Assembly: GCA_043797085.1 (NCBI GenBank)
Contig: JAZDQA010000010.1
Span: forward strand, 32,001 to 96,000
DNA length: 64,000 nt
Reading direction: 5' to 3'
Source: Pseudomonadota bacterium
GTDB taxonomy: Bacteria > Campylobacterota > Campylobacteria > Campylobacterales > Sulfurimonadaceae
The position numbers were made by a program, and so were the translations under genes. The notes beneath the pieces were generated by a model. That model saw nothing but the letters and a program-made list of their open reading frames with translations. It was not told the DNA's origin and did not search any database. Below, in pieces: positions 28,885 to 40,216 of this stretch (the stretch's first letter is position 1; every line of letters begins with the position of its first letter).

Positions 28885-30291
28885 ATGGATATTTCACTGA
28901 AACGTTTTTTAAGTACTATTGCTCTTTTACTTTTTGCTGCATACCTTTATTTTACTCCGCCCCCTTTCGGAATTACCCAGCAAGCATGGATTTTATTTAC
29001 CATCTTTATTTCTACCATCTTGGCGATTTTATTTAACCTTCTTCCCATCATCACTGCCTCTATTATTGCTCTCTCTATCAGTGTCCTCTCAGGTGTTATA
29101 GAACCCGCTAAAGCATACGCAGGATTCTCAGAGAGTTTTATTCTTCTTATCGTTGCCGCTTTTTTGGTCTCCCATGCCGTCCATAAATCGGGATTGGGCA
29201 AACGGCTCTCTCTCCACATCATCCGACGCTTCGGTCACTCGACACTGGGACTGGGATACAGCGTTATCGCCACTGATGTATTCCTAGCTCCTGCATTTCC
29301 CAGTAACACTGCCCGCTCAGGAGTTCTCTATCCTATCGTCTATGGTCTCGCGCACGATTGCGATTCCAAAGTGGGGAACAACACACAACGACGTGCAGGA
29401 AGTTATCTCATGATGACATCGATGGCAGGGCTTACAATCTCCTCAGGGCTTTGGCTCACTGCCATGGCAGTCAATCCTATCGGTGTTGGAATTGCGGCTA
29501 CTATGGGGATACATATCACCTTTCTCTCATGGCTTCTTTTTGCACTGGTTCCAACCCTAACAGCTTTTGCTCTCATTCCCTGGGTACTGTATCGCATCTA
29601 TCCGCCTGAACTTCGTGACACTCCCGATGCACCAAAGATGGCGAAAGATGCCCTCATTACTATGGGACGCATAAGCCGTAATGAGTGGATTACGGGAACG
29701 GTATTTTTGGGAATGCTGATTTTGTGGTCCCTTTCGGGCATCTTTTCCATTGACAAAACCGCCGTTGCCTTCGGAGGGCTCGGGATACTGATGGCAACGC
29801 GCGTGTTTGGGATAGAGGATTTTAAAGCACAAGGCGAAGCACTCAGTACCCTGATTTGGTTTGCCATCCTCTTTGCTTTGAGCACACAATTGGCTCAACA
29901 AGGATTTATGAGTGCCGTAGCGAACCATTTTACCCTCTATTTGACAGGGCTTTCATGGATGGCAGTCTATCTTTTACTCATCGTCCTCTATGTACTGATA
30001 CATTACCTTTTCGTCTCCCAAAGTGCTCATTTACTCGCTTTATTTGGAATTTTTCTTTCTGTGGGTCTTGCGGCAGGAGTTCCCGGAGAGTTAATGACAA
30101 TGATGTTATTATTTGCTACGAATTTCAACGCGACCATAACTCCGCAAGGTTCATCGAGTAATGCCATTTATCTGAGTTCCGGCTACATTACCGCGCGTGA
30201 GATTTATATTTATGGGGGAGCTGTTACACTGCTCAACCTCATCATCTTTTTAGGAATAGGAACACCGTGGATACTGTTAATCAGCCGTTAA
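28885..30291 (+). CDS. DASS family anion/dicarboxylate transporter
   Basis: PSNTARSG, WLTAMAVNP and HYLFVSQSAH motifs; many TMs. Confidence 0.9.
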   Translation: MDISLKRFLSTIALLLFAAYLYFTPPPFGITQQAWILFTIFISTILAILFNLLPIITASIIALSISVLSGVIEPAKAYAGFSESFILLIVAAFLVSHAVHKSGLGKRLSLHIIRRFGHSTLGLGYSVIATDVFLAPAFPSNTARSGVLYPIVYGLAHDCDSKVGNNTQRRAGSYLMMTSMAGLTISSGLWLTAMAVNPIGVGIAATMGIHITFLSWLLFALVPTLTAFALIPWVLYRIYPPELRDTPDAPKMAKDALITMGRISRNEWITGTVFLGMLILWSLSGIFSIDKTAVAFGGLGILMATRVFGIEDFKAQGEALSTLIWFAILFALSTQLAQQGFMSAVANHFTLYLTGLSWMAVYLLLIVLYVLIHYLFVSQSAHLLALFGIFLSVGLAAGVPGELMTMMLLFATNFNATITPQGSSSNAIYLSSGYITAREIYIYGGAVTLLNLIIFLGIGTPWILLISR

Positions 30292-31562
30292 GTGAACCTG
30301 CACACTCGGATAAAATTCGTGTTATAACCCTTGTGATACTCATCATCACAGCACTCATTTTAATCATTTCTACCCTCTTGTTCACCCCATGGGGAAATCG
30401 TCAAATCGCCCCTATCATTCAAAAACAGATTGAATCAGTATTAGGACAACCCGTTACCCTCACTGCGTTTAAACTGACACTCACTCATTTTGAACTTGGA
30501 CTAAGCGATAAAACAAACAACCGTGCTCACATCGAAGGAAGTTACGTTTTACTTCCCCCTTATATCGATGCCCGCTATGATGCCAATCTTTCTACCTCAG
30601 AAGGAATGAATATCGCAAAATTTCCGATTGAACTCTCAGGTATGCTCAAAGGTTCCTACGCGTATCTCGATCTTAATGGAACCGCTCATCTCTTCTCAGG
30701 AGATATGACGTTTAATTCAACACTTCTTATGATGAAACCTAATACTCTAACCCTCGCATTGCATAATATTCACTATCAGGAACTTATGGATGCTCTCGAA
30801 TATCCCCATGAAAGTGATACCCTTGTAAATGGAAATTTGCAAGTGAGCGGAATGCTACGCCGTGATATTAACGCAACGGGAAAAGTCATCGCCACAACGC
30901 ACCGCTTTAAACCTTCCCCGATTATGGAAGAGGATAATGAAAGTTTTGATTTTTGGTCACTGCTTGCAGATAAAAACGGGAAAATCCAACCATTTAAAAT
31001 CAATGCCAATATCAAAGCTCACGTCGATGAGTTAGGGATCTTAGAACAATTTGTCTACTATCCGCTTCGAACAAGAGCCTCAGGGATTGCTACACTGGAG
31101 GGTTCACAGCAGCAGCTGATATTAAACGCCCATGCCAAAGCCGTAAAAGGAGACGTAGATACCCGATTAACTCTACATCAATTGCGTCCTAGCAAACTGC
31201 AACTGGATGTCAAACACGCCGATATTCCATCACTTTTCACCCTATTGGCACTCCCCTCTCCCGTAACCGGAACACTGAATGCCTCAGTCAATTCGGATTT
31301 TTCCAACTCAACACTCTCTTTGGCGATTCAAAAAGCTCGAACCAATCCTAGTATTCTCACGCGTGATTACGGCATTACTCAGCCCGATATTACGTTTGAT
31401 TCCAAGGTAAAAGTAATACTATCCCCTAAAGAACGCCATTATTCTGGAACTTTTACCTCAGATTTGCAATCACTCAAGATCGATGGATCAGTGGAACACG
31501 ACCAAATGCTTCAAGAACTCTTACGTCAAATCAATCAAAACAGACCAAAAGGGGAATTTTAA
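30267..31562 (+). CDS. Hypothetical membrane-anchored beta-rich protein (AsmA-like)
   Basis: N-terminal TM followed by FTPWGN; beta-strand-rich repeats. Confidence 0.6.
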   Translation: MDTVNQPLSEPAHSDKIRVITLVILIITALILIISTLLFTPWGNRQIAPIIQKQIESVLGQPVTLTAFKLTLTHFELGLSDKTNNRAHIEGSYVLLPPYIDARYDANLSTSEGMNIAKFPIELSGMLKGSYAYLDLNGTAHLFSGDMTFNSTLLMMKPNTLTLALHNIHYQELMDALEYPHESDTLVNGNLQVSGMLRRDINATGKVIATTHRFKPSPIMEEDNESFDFWSLLADKNGKIQPFKINANIKAHVDELGILEQFVYYPLRTRASGIATLEGSQQQLILNAHAKAVKGDVDTRLTLHQLRPSKLQLDVKHADIPSLFTLLALPSPVTGTLNASVNSDFSNSTLSLAIQKARTNPSILTRDYGITQPDITFDSKVKVILSPKERHYSGTFTSDLQSLKIDGSVEHDQMLQELLRQINQNRPKGEF

Positions 31563-31584
31563 CCCCTCTGCCTATAATCACCGA

Positions 31585-33090
31585 ATGAAAAACATACCCA
31601 CCATCCTCACTTATCACGATTCTACCAAACACCGTCCCTCTCGTTATGCTGCGAGCCTAGGCTATATGGACTGGGCAACCCAACCTGACCCTTTTCGCCG
31701 TTATGAAGAAGCTCCTCTCATTGCCCTTTCACACGTAGATGCTACACCGCCGTATCATCTTCTTTTTGAACCGGATGCACTTCCAACCGCACCGCTATGC
31801 CTTGAATCGCTTTCTCAGCTCTTGCGATATTCACTGGGACTGGCGGCGATTAAAAGCCAAGGAGGTTCTTCGTGGGCGCTTCGATGTAATGCCAGCAGCG
31901 GGAATCTTCAACCTACGGAGTGTTATGTTATTGCACCTGCGATTGAGGGGATCAGCTCTCATAGCACTCTTAGCCATTATGCCCCGCGTGAGCATGCGCT
32001 GGAACTGCTTCACACCTACGACGAAAAGCTTCCGAAAGGGACGTTTCTTGTAGCGCTTAGTTCCATTATTTGGAGAGAAGCATGGAAATACGGTGAACGC
32101 TCTTGGCGATATTGCCAACTCGATGCAGGACATGCCTATCAAGCGATTAAAACAGCTGCCGCAATGCTCGGATGGGAGTGTCAGATTCAAAGTGTTCGCA
32201 GTACTGAAATAGCCTCTCTTTGCGGTCTTGATCAGCTTGAACGCTTTGATCAACATGAGTGCGAAAGTCCCGATATGCTTTTACGTATTTGTGTTTCTAA
32301 AGAAGCCTTGATCTTGCCCGTAACGCCCAAGCTTCCAACCAGAGCCAATCTCTTAAGCCCCTCTCATCATGATTGGCCTATTCTGAAAGTCATTGATGAG
32401 GCCACACAAGGAATTTATCCTCTTACTGCATCACTTCAAACACAACGTCGCACACCCGCACCCTCGAAAAGCGCCGCAGAGATTATTCTCAAACGCCGAA
32501 GTGCCCAAGCGATGGACGGCTCTGAAATAACTGAAACACAGTTTCGCCAGATACTCGACTCATCCTTATTTTGCAGTGAAACAAGCGACGTCCATTTTAT
32601 GATGTTTATTCACCGTGTTGAGGGTCTGTCAAAAGGTCTCTATGCCTTTATCCGAAATAGTGACGATTTGGAAGCCATGAAAGAATCTATGGACACAACA
32701 TTTATCTGGGAAGATTGTAATGATGGTCTGTATTTACTGCAACTTGGCGATTACCGTGGCGTCGCGCAAAGAATTTCATGCAATCAAGAGATCGCGAAAG
32801 AAGGAGCATTCAGTTTTGGGATGGTGTGTAAATTTTCCAAATCGCTTGAACTCCACGGCGCCATAGGCTATAAAAACCTCTATCATCAGTGTGGAGCTAT
32901 CGGACAGATGCTCTATCTTGAGTCCACTTCATTGGGTCTAAGTGCAACCGGTATTGGATGTTTTTTAGATGATGAGTTTCATGCTCTTTTGGGTCTCACA
33001 GATCAACGCTTTCAATCCCTTTACCATTTTACTATCGGTCGTGCAATTGTGGATACTCGCGTTACAACACAGCTACCTTATAGATATTAA
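31585..33090 (+). CDS. Tandem nitroreductase / SagB-like dehydrogenase family protein
   Basis: LRCNASSGNLQPTE, EAWKYGER..LDAGH; second domain RRSA...TGIGCF. Confidence 0.88.
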   Translation: MKNIPTILTYHDSTKHRPSRYAASLGYMDWATQPDPFRRYEEAPLIALSHVDATPPYHLLFEPDALPTAPLCLESLSQLLRYSLGLAAIKSQGGSSWALRCNASSGNLQPTECYVIAPAIEGISSHSTLSHYAPREHALELLHTYDEKLPKGTFLVALSSIIWREAWKYGERSWRYCQLDAGHAYQAIKTAAAMLGWECQIQSVRSTEIASLCGLDQLERFDQHECESPDMLLRICVSKEALILPVTPKLPTRANLLSPSHHDWPILKVIDEATQGIYPLTASLQTQRRTPAPSKSAAEIILKRRSAQAMDGSEITETQFRQILDSSLFCSETSDVHFMMFIHRVEGLSKGLYAFIRNSDDLEAMKESMDTTFIWEDCNDGLYLLQLGDYRGVAQRISCNQEIAKEGAFSFGMVCKFSKSLELHGAIGYKNLYHQCGAIGQMLYLESTSLGLSATGIGCFLDDEFHALLGLTDQRFQSLYHFTIGRAIVDTRVTTQLPYRY

Positions 33091-33129
33091 AGGATATCTC
33101 CCCTATAATCGATAATTATTCAAAATAAA

Positions 33130-34536
33130 ATGAGCTTGTTCATGCAAAATGAAATCTTTTCAAAAGAAGTAGAGGCTCTCTATCGTGCGCTACCTATACC
33201 GTTGGTAGCAACGTTTTTCAATGCCTTTATTATTGTCTTTATTTTGAAAGATCAACTCCCCTCTAATCATCTCATCTTATGGATTATCTTAAACCTTATC
33301 ATTCTTCTAGTTCGTTTGACAAGCTATCTGCGCTATCGTTCATCAATTCCTGCAACCTCACTAAATCTCGCTTATCAAATCTATATGGTTGGGATTATTG
33401 GTTCAGGGATTATCTGGGGTTCAGCTATTTTTTATCTTCTCCCCGATTCGTCAATCCATATGATGATGTTGATAATTATCGTTGGTGGAATGGTAGCAGG
33501 TGGTGTAGGATCGAGTTCATACCGCCCCGAAAGTTATATATTTTACAATTTATTGGTTATCACACCTTATGCACTCCATTTTATGTTGGATAAAACCAAT
33601 GAAGCATCATGGATGGTCGGAACGGCTCTTGTCCTCTTTGCGATTATGATGATAAGTTCAAGTAAAAAATTTCATGCCAATTTTACTGAAGTCGTTCTAT
33701 TGCAATTGCATCAAGAAGAGTTAGTTCATCACTTAAAAGAAGAAAAACTCTACACTCAACATCTCAATGACAATTTGCTACAAGAGATTATTGAAAAAGA
33801 GAAATACCAAACTGAACTTATCTCTGCACTCGATGAAGCCCGACAAGCAGCCATTGCCAAAGAAGCATTTTTTGCTACCATGAGCCATGAGTTACGTACT
33901 CCGCTTAATTCTATTATTGGATTTTCACAAATTTTGAGCCGGAAGAAAGAGCTTCCTGCTGAAATCATCACCTACCTTGAAAAAATCCTTTTTTCAGGCA
34001 GACATCTCCTTGATTTAGTCAATACGATTCTCGATTATTCCAAACTCAAATCGGAAAAAATGAAACCAAATTTCACTCAGTTTTTATTAAAAGATTTTAT
34101 TTACGAACTCTCGATGATGTGCGAGCCTATTGCTCATAAAAGAGATATTGAAATTCTTTACCCCACTTTTGAGAATGAAACCATCTTTGCTGATCGCAAA
34201 ATGCTTTACCAAATACTACTCAATATTTTGAGCAATGCCATCAAATTTTCACCACAGAGCGATCGTATTAAATTTACCTATGATTTTTCTTCCGAACATC
34301 TCTTTACCCTCTGCGATCATGGACCCGGAATCGCTTTGGATATGCATGAAAAAATATTCGAACCTTTTACACAAATTGATAATCTAACCGGAAGAAATCC
34401 GGAAGGAACCGGATTGGGTCTTGCCATTGTCAAAGAAATGGTTGAAGCTCATAGCGGAAAAATATGGGTTGAAAGTGTCGTTGGAAAAGGAAGCTGTTTT
34501 TATATTTCACTTCCCCCTCATTCGCTCGATAAATAA
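33130..34536 (+). CDS. Membrane sensor histidine kinase
   Basis: About 5-6 TMs; H-box MSHELRTPLN, N-box NILSNAIKF, DHGPGI, GTGLGL. Confidence 0.93.
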   Translation: MSLFMQNEIFSKEVEALYRALPIPLVATFFNAFIIVFILKDQLPSNHLILWIILNLIILLVRLTSYLRYRSSIPATSLNLAYQIYMVGIIGSGIIWGSAIFYLLPDSSIHMMMLIIIVGGMVAGGVGSSSYRPESYIFYNLLVITPYALHFMLDKTNEASWMVGTALVLFAIMMISSSKKFHANFTEVVLLQLHQEELVHHLKEEKLYTQHLNDNLLQEIIEKEKYQTELISALDEARQAAIAKEAFFATMSHELRTPLNSIIGFSQILSRKKELPAEIITYLEKILFSGRHLLDLVNTILDYSKLKSEKMKPNFTQFLLKDFIYELSMMCEPIAHKRDIEILYPTFENETIFADRKMLYQILLNILSNAIKFSPQSDRIKFTYDFSSEHLFTLCDHGPGIALDMHEKIFEPFTQIDNLTGRNPEGTGLGLAIVKEMVEAHSGKIWVESVVGKGSCFYISLPPHSLDK

Positions 34537-34553
34537 ACTTATTTAGTGATGTA

Positions 34554-34686
34554 TTATCCATATTGAGTGATTTTCTTGAAAATTCAAAGACGCACGTGCT
34601 AAATATATGTAATGTAAAAGCACCACTGACTCTTAACGAATGAAGTTTAGAGTTGAATTTTCAAGAAAATCACTCAATATGGATAA
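34554..34686. mobile_element. 133 bp MITE-like element with perfect 34 bp terminal inverted repeats
   Basis: TTATCCATATTGAGTGATTTTCTTGAAAATTCAA (34554-34587) and its exact reverse complement (34653-34686) around a 65 bp core; intergenic; a second partial copy lies at 10624. Confidence 0.7.
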
Positions 34687-34692
34687 GGACAG

Positions 34693-35268
34693 TTATTTAT
34701 TTTCCGCATCCGTAAGCGTGAGACATAAAATGACTTTTTTTCCTTGTAAAGCCAATGTTTCGACAGCCTCGGTAAGTGTTGAACCAGTCGTCACAATATC
34801 ATCCACTAAAATCACTTCTTCCTCATTAAACGGCAAAAATTTAAAATCTCGCGGATTGATTAACCGTTCTTCCACGCTTTTTCCTGCATATTTATACGTA
34901 TTTTGCGCTCTGAGTTTTCCGAAATACGGGGTAATATTGGTTGATTTAAGCGATTTATTCAAAACAGCGGTATGCGAATAACCGCTTTTGGAATTATCAT
35001 CAATGCCGATTGATGCAACACGAGCGTCATAACTCCATTCCTTTGCAAATTTTGAAAATGAATTTTTGGCCAAAAGAGTATACATATAAAATCCAACATC
35101 GGTATGTTTGGTAAGTAATAACTGCTCGATAGCATCGTAAGGATAAAAAGAGTAGACAGGGATAGAACCTAAAACTTTGCGCGTATGGAGGATAGGTGAG
35201 AGAAGAGTTTTTTGACAGTTGGAGCAAATGTGCGAGAGACTAAACGCTTCGCACATCATACAGCGCAC
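34693..35268 (-). CDS. comF: ComF family phosphoribosyltransferase-like protein
   Basis: N-terminal CxxC...CxxC; ILVDDIVTTGSTL PRT loop. Confidence 0.88.
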   Translation of the reverse strand: MRCMMCEAFSLSHICSNCQKTLLSPILHTRKVLGSIPVYSFYPYDAIEQLLLTKHTDVGFYMYTLLAKNSFSKFAKEWSYDARVASIGIDDNSKSGYSHTAVLNKSLKSTNITPYFGKLRAQNTYKYAGKSVEERLINPRDFKFLPFNEEEVILVDDIVTTGSTLTEAVETLALQGKKVILCLTLTDAENK

Positions 35269-35269
35269 G

Positions 35270-37060
35270 TTAGTCCATTTTAAGAACAGACATAAATGCC
35301 TCTTGTGGAAGCTGGACTTTTCCGATTGCCTTCATCCGTTTTTTACCCTCTTTTTGTTTGTCGAGGAGTTTGCGTTTACGGGAAATGTCTCCACCGTAAC
35401 ATTTTGCGGTCACGTTTTTACCCATGGATTTCACCGTCTCACGCGCGATAACACGATTGCCGATAGAGGCTTGAATAGCTACCTCAAACAACTGTCGAGG
35501 AACAATCTCTTTCATATTTTTGACCAATGCACGCCCTCTAAAATCAGCAGAAGTACGAGGGACAATGACACTCAGAGCATCAACAACTTCCCCGGCTACA
35601 CGAACATCGAGCTTGACCAGATCGCCATCACGAAACTCGATCGGATCGTAGTCGAAACTTGCATATCCTTTCGAAGTCGATTTGAGTTTGTCATAAAAAT
35701 CGACGACGATCTCATTCATCGGCATCGAATAAATAAGCATAACCCGTGTCTCATTCAGATAATCCATCTTCTCTTGCATTCCGCGTTTATTGGTCACGAG
35801 GGTAATAACATTTCCCAAATAATCAACCGGAGTAATCACCGTCGCTCGTACGTATGGCTCTTCGATACGGTCAATAAACTGCGGTTCGGGAAGCTCACTT
35901 GGATTTTGCACTTCCACCATCGTCCCATCGGTCTTATGCACTTTGTATACAACCGATGGAGCCGTAGCGATAAGATCGAGATTAAACTCACGCTCCAAAC
36001 GCTCTTTGATGACTTCCATGTGCAGCATGCCCAAAAATCCGACACGGAACCCAAATCCTAGAGCCATCGAGGTTTCCGGTTCATAACTCAAAGAGCTGTC
36101 ATTGAGCTTGAGTTTATCCAGTGCATCCCGAACCGCTTCAAACTCATCGGTGTCAATAGGATAAAGTCCTGCGAAAACAAACGGCTTAGCAGGCGCATAC
36201 TCGGCTACGGGCTGAGCGGTCGGATTTTTAGCATCGGTAATGGTATCACCAACGCGGATACTTCCTACGTCTTTAACACCCAGTACGACTATCCCGATTT
36301 CACCGCTTTTGAGAGTTTGCGTCTTTTGACGGCGAATAGGATGGGGATACATAAGCTCAAGAACCTGATGATTTTCACCATTGTGCATGAGCTTGATCAT
36401 CTGATTCATCTTGATCTCACCATCGAACACACGCACAAGTGCCATAGCACCCTGATACGCATCAAACCATGAATCGTAAATAATCGCCTTAGTTGTAGCC
36501 TCAGGATCTCCGCTAGGAGCTGGGATACGATCCACAATAGCATCGATGAGTTCACGAATACCCACACCCGTTTTTGCCGAAATCAGCAATGCATCGGTAG
36601 CATCGATTCCGATGGTCGCTTCGATCTCTTCAGCAACACGCTCAGGCTCAGCAGAGGGAAGATCGATCTTATTGATTACAGGAATAAGAGTAAGGTTGTT
36701 TTCCATCGCCAAATAGACATTGGCAATCGTTTGAGCTTCAACCCCTTGTGCCGCATCGACGATGAGCAATGCGCCATCAGAAGATGCGAGTGATTTAGAC
36801 ACTTCATAGCTAAAATCAACGTGGCCCGGAGTGTCGATGAGATTGAGGATGTAGTGCTGACCGTCTTTGACATAATCCAAACGGACGCTCTGAGCCTTGA
36901 TCGTGATTCCACGCTCTTGCTCGATATCCATTGTGTCCATCATCTGTTTACCCAGTTCACGCTCGGTGACAGAACCGCATTCTTGGATGATTCGGTCAGC
37001 CAAAGTACTTTTACCATGGTCGATGTGGGCGATGATTGAAAAGTTGCGAATATTATTCAT
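35270..37060 (-). CDS. lepA: Elongation factor 4
   Basis: [38 protein letters not shown]. Confidence 0.99.
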   Translation of the reverse strand: MNNIRNFSIIAHIDHGKSTLADRIIQECGSVTERELGKQMMDTMDIEQERGITIKAQSVRLDYVKDGQHYILNLIDTPGHVDFSYEVSKSLASSDGALLIVDAAQGVEAQTIANVYLAMENNLTLIPVINKIDLPSAEPERVAEEIEATIGIDATDALLISAKTGVGIRELIDAIVDRIPAPSGDPEATTKAIIYDSWFDAYQGAMALVRVFDGEIKMNQMIKLMHNGENHQVLELMYPHPIRRQKTQTLKSGEIGIVVLGVKDVGSIRVGDTITDAKNPTAQPVAEYAPAKPFVFAGLYPIDTDEFEAVRDALDKLKLNDSSLSYEPETSMALGFGFRVGFLGMLHMEVIKERLEREFNLDLIATAPSVVYKVHKTDGTMVEVQNPSELPEPQFIDRIEEPYVRATVITPVDYLGNVITLVTNKRGMQEKMDYLNETRVMLIYSMPMNEIVVDFYDKLKSTSKGYASFDYDPIEFRDGDLVKLDVRVAGEVVDALSVIVPRTSADFRGRALVKNMKEIVPRQLFEVAIQASIGNRVIARETVKSMGKNVTAKCYGGDISRKRKLLDKQKEGKKRMKAIGKVQLPQEAFMSVLKMD

Positions 37061-37214
37061 TAGGTTCTATTGCTCATTTATTTTAATTACTGTAATTATA
37101 GCAGAGGGTTGCTTAGGAGGTATCAAAGTTACTTAGTGGTTGTATTCCCGCTTGGAAAGATAAAACATGGGAATATATAATGCTTAATAAATAAGAACAA
37201 TAAAGGAAAAAACT

Positions 37215-38024
37215 ATGGAAATTGCCACTCCCGATATCCTCAATATTAGTCACCCGCTTTGCCGTGCCACGATTTTGCTCCAAGGGGCGCAGTTGATCAG
37301 TTGGATCCCATCAGGGGCTTCGGATGTATTATGGTCAAGTGACATCTCCCACTACACTTCTGACAAAGCATTTCGCGGTGGTATCCCCATCTGCTGGCCA
37401 TGGTTTGGCAAAGCGTTCTCTCCTGCACACGGTTTTGCGCGACTGATGCTATGGGAACTGGTAAATCGCGATGATAATGCCCATGGTGTTGATCTTGAGT
37501 TTCGACTAACGGACACTCCTCAATCGAGACAAATATGGCCTCATTCTTTCACTCTCTTGCTCCAGATGCATTTAGGGACAACGTGCGAGGTACAACTGCA
37601 CATCCAAGCACCGATTCAAACGACTGGGGCGCTGCATACGTATCTATCCACCTCGGACATCACCCATTCTGCTATCAGCGGTTTAGGGGATTCTTATATC
37701 GATTCACTGCAAGAAAACACCCTTGTCACCACACAAGAATCCACTCTCCAAATAGACAGTGAAGTAGACCGTATCTATATTCATCCACACAATGAAAACA
37801 TTCTCACCACTCCCGAAAAAATACTCTATCTGACCCACCAAGGGCACAGTGATGTCGTCGTATGGAACCCATGGATCGAACGCTCAGCCGAGATTGCAGA
37901 TATGCGTAAAAAGGATTATCACAACATGGTCTGCATCGAAACGGCACGCATCCGTAAATCTTTTACCGAAAAAGATTCCATTGGGATTAGATTGCGTACG
38001 ACGGATTATTTCAGCAAACTATGA
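37215..38024 (+). CDS. D-hexose-6-phosphate mutarotase (YeaD-like)
   Basis: RGGIPICWPWFG, HGFAR, ALHTY, VVWNPW, MVCIE. Confidence 0.9.
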   Translation: MEIATPDILNISHPLCRATILLQGAQLISWIPSGASDVLWSSDISHYTSDKAFRGGIPICWPWFGKAFSPAHGFARLMLWELVNRDDNAHGVDLEFRLTDTPQSRQIWPHSFTLLLQMHLGTTCEVQLHIQAPIQTTGALHTYLSTSDITHSAISGLGDSYIDSLQENTLVTTQESTLQIDSEVDRIYIHPHNENILTTPEKILYLTHQGHSDVVVWNPWIERSAEIADMRKKDYHNMVCIETARIRKSFTEKDSIGIRLRTTDYFSKL

Positions 38025-38096
38025 CGCAAATCTGATCACTTTTATTTTATTTATTACACCATAAAAAGCTCATTTCTCTCAATTATACTTTTTGCT

Positions 38097-39218
38097 ATGA
38101 ATTTACTTTTTACTTTATCAAGCATCGTTATCACCGCTGTTCTCTTTCACCTGCTTTTGATTCGTTTCGCGCAGCCGCTTGGACTTATCGATACACCTAA
38201 TGAGCGAAGCATGCATAAAAATGCGATTCCAAGAGGAGCCGGAATCGCTATTTTTATGTCCGTTCTAATGGTCCAAGCTCTCTTTAATTGGGATCATCTC
38301 AACACCTACTTTCTTGTCTATCTTGCAATTACGATTGTCTTTATTATTGGGGTGATTGATGATATTTTTGATAGTTCTCCGCGTCAGAAATTACTTTTTA
38401 TCTTTATTGCCGGAACTCTTTTATACTGGAATGGAAACTATATCGGCTCACTGGGTAATTATTTTGGGTACGACTTGACGCTTCCACTTCTTATTGCCTT
38501 CCCATTTACCCTGTTTGCAATCGCAGGATTTACCAACGCCTTAAATCTTATCGATGGCCTTGATGGTCTTGCGGCTTCTGAATCGCTTATCATTTTGGGT
38601 ACTTTTTTCGCCATTGGTATTATTCACAATGACACGTTGATCATCACGCTCTCCTCTTCATTCATCGCTTCGTTGCTCGTGTTTTTGTTTTTTAACTGGA
38701 ATCCGGCACGGATTTTTATGGGTGATAGCGGATCACTGACTCTGGGTTTTGTTATTGCAACACTCTGTATCGTCTCGTTAAAATATGTCTCGCCTGCATC
38801 GATTTTGTTCATCACCGCCATCCCTTTACTGGATACTTTTCTGGTAATCATACGACGTATCCAACGTGGGATGTCTCCCTTTAAAGCCGATAAAAATCAC
38901 ATCCATCATTTCATGTATAACATTAAAGGCGACGTGAGAGTTTCCGTCATCATCATAGCTTCCATCCAAGCCATGTTTTCGATAATAGGATTTCAAATGC
39001 GTACAGCCGATGGCTTTTTATCCTTGATTTTATTTAGTTTGTTGTTTTTTATTTTCTTAAATATGTTTGATCAACGTATCCGATATCGAAAAACATCGAA
39101 AAACAAAAAGCGCCTCAGAGACGAAAGGGCTCAAAAAATTGAAGAAAAAAATACTTTAAGTGATCTCGCAAATACCTCTATTGGGACATCCATTCTAATT
39201 CAACAGGAGCTAAAATGA
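38097..39218 (+). CDS. wecA: Undecaprenyl-phosphate GlcNAc-1-phosphate transferase (MraY/WecA family)
   Basis: PRGAG, GVIDD, NLIDGLDGLA, FMGDSGS, DKNHIHH. Confidence 0.9.
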   Translation: MNLLFTLSSIVITAVLFHLLLIRFAQPLGLIDTPNERSMHKNAIPRGAGIAIFMSVLMVQALFNWDHLNTYFLVYLAITIVFIIGVIDDIFDSSPRQKLLFIFIAGTLLYWNGNYIGSLGNYFGYDLTLPLLIAFPFTLFAIAGFTNALNLIDGLDGLAASESLIILGTFFAIGIIHNDTLIITLSSSFIASLLVFLFFNWNPARIFMGDSGSLTLGFVIATLCIVSLKYVSPASILFITAIPLLDTFLVIIRRIQRGMSPFKADKNHIHHFMYNIKGDVRVSVIIIASIQAMFSIIGFQMRTADGFLSLILFSLLFFIFLNMFDQRIRYRKTSKNKKRLRDERAQKIEEKNTLSDLANTSIGTSILIQQELK

Positions 39219-40216
39219 AAATTTTTGTCACCGGAGGAGCCGGATATATCGGTTCGCATACGTGCGTAGAACTGTTAAATGCGGGGTACGAGGTTGTTAT
39301 TTATGACAATTTTTCCAACAGCTCTGATGAAGCAATTCGACGTGTTGAGTATATCACCGGAAAATCGTTCCAACTGATTATTGGTGATATCCGAGATGAA
39401 GACGCCACCGCAAACGCGATGGCAGGATGCGATGCCGTTATCCATTTTGCCGGACTTAAAGCCGTCGGTGAATCCGTCGCCAAACCGCTGGAATATTACG
39501 ACAACAACGTCCAAGGAACGTTGTCTCTTTTGCGGGCTATGAAGACTAATGGTATCAAAACACTCGTATTCAGCTCCTCGGCAACGGTGTATGGCGATCC
39601 GGAATATCTCCCTCTAAACGAGAGTCACCCTCTGCGTACCACCAATCCCTACGGTCAAACGAAACTTGTGATTGAAGAGATATTACGTGACCTCTACGCA
39701 TCTGATCCGTCATGGAAGATTATGATTTTACGCTATTTCAATCCCGTAGGGGCACATGAAAGCGGTCTTATCGGGGAAGATCCGCAAGGAATCCCAAACA
39801 ATTTAATGCCTTTTGTTGCACAAGTAGCAATCCGCAGACGTGATACCTTAAATATTTTCGGAGGAGATTATCCGACGCATGACGGGACGGGAGTTAGAGA
39901 TTATATCCATGTCGTCGATTTGGCTCAAGGACATTTAAAAGCCCTTCAAGCATTAACAACACCCCAATGCACGCCCATCAATCTTGGAACGGGGTTAGGC
40001 TACAGCGTACTGGATGTCGTTGATGCGTTTACAAAAGCCAGCAGTAAAACCATCCCCTACATCATTGCTCCCCGCCGTAACGGAGATATAGCCGCCTGCT
40101 ATGCAGATCCTTCTGCCGCCACTGAAATCCTCGGATGGAGTGCGCAGCGTGACTTGGAAAGCATGTGCCGTGATGCATGGAGCTTTCAATCTAAAAATCC
40201 AAAAGGTTATGCATGA
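39215..40216 (+). CDS. galE: UDP-glucose 4-epimerase
   Basis: [35 protein letters not shown]. Confidence 0.97.
   Translation: MKIFVTGGAGYIGSHTCVELLNAGYEVVIYDNFSNSSDEAIRRVEYITGKSFQLIIGDIRDEDATANAMAGCDAVIHFAGLKAVGESVAKPLEYYDNNVQGTLSLLRAMKTNGIKTLVFSSSATVYGDPEYLPLNESHPLRTTNPYGQTKLVIEEILRDLYASDPSWKIMILRYFNPVGAHESGLIGEDPQGIPNNLMPFVAQVAIRRRDTLNIFGGDYPTHDGTGVRDYIHVVDLAQGHLKALQALTTPQCTPINLGTGLGYSVLDVVDAFTKASSKTIPYIIAPRRNGDIAACYADPSAATEILGWSAQRDLESMCRDAWSFQSKNPKGYA

Noticed and set aside
31585..33090. SagB-like gene as part of a RiPP (azole) cluster
   Set aside because: No YcaO, precursor peptide or dedicated transporter nearby; stand-alone tandem nitroreductases are common.
34640..34981. 113 aa ORF starting inside the MITE-like element as a transposase
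   Set aside because: Mostly antisense to comF, with no DDE or HUH motif.
35219..36061. 280 aa plus-strand ORF
   Set aside because: Antisense shadow of lepA with no recognisable motifs. The same applies to most short antisense ORFs in the track.
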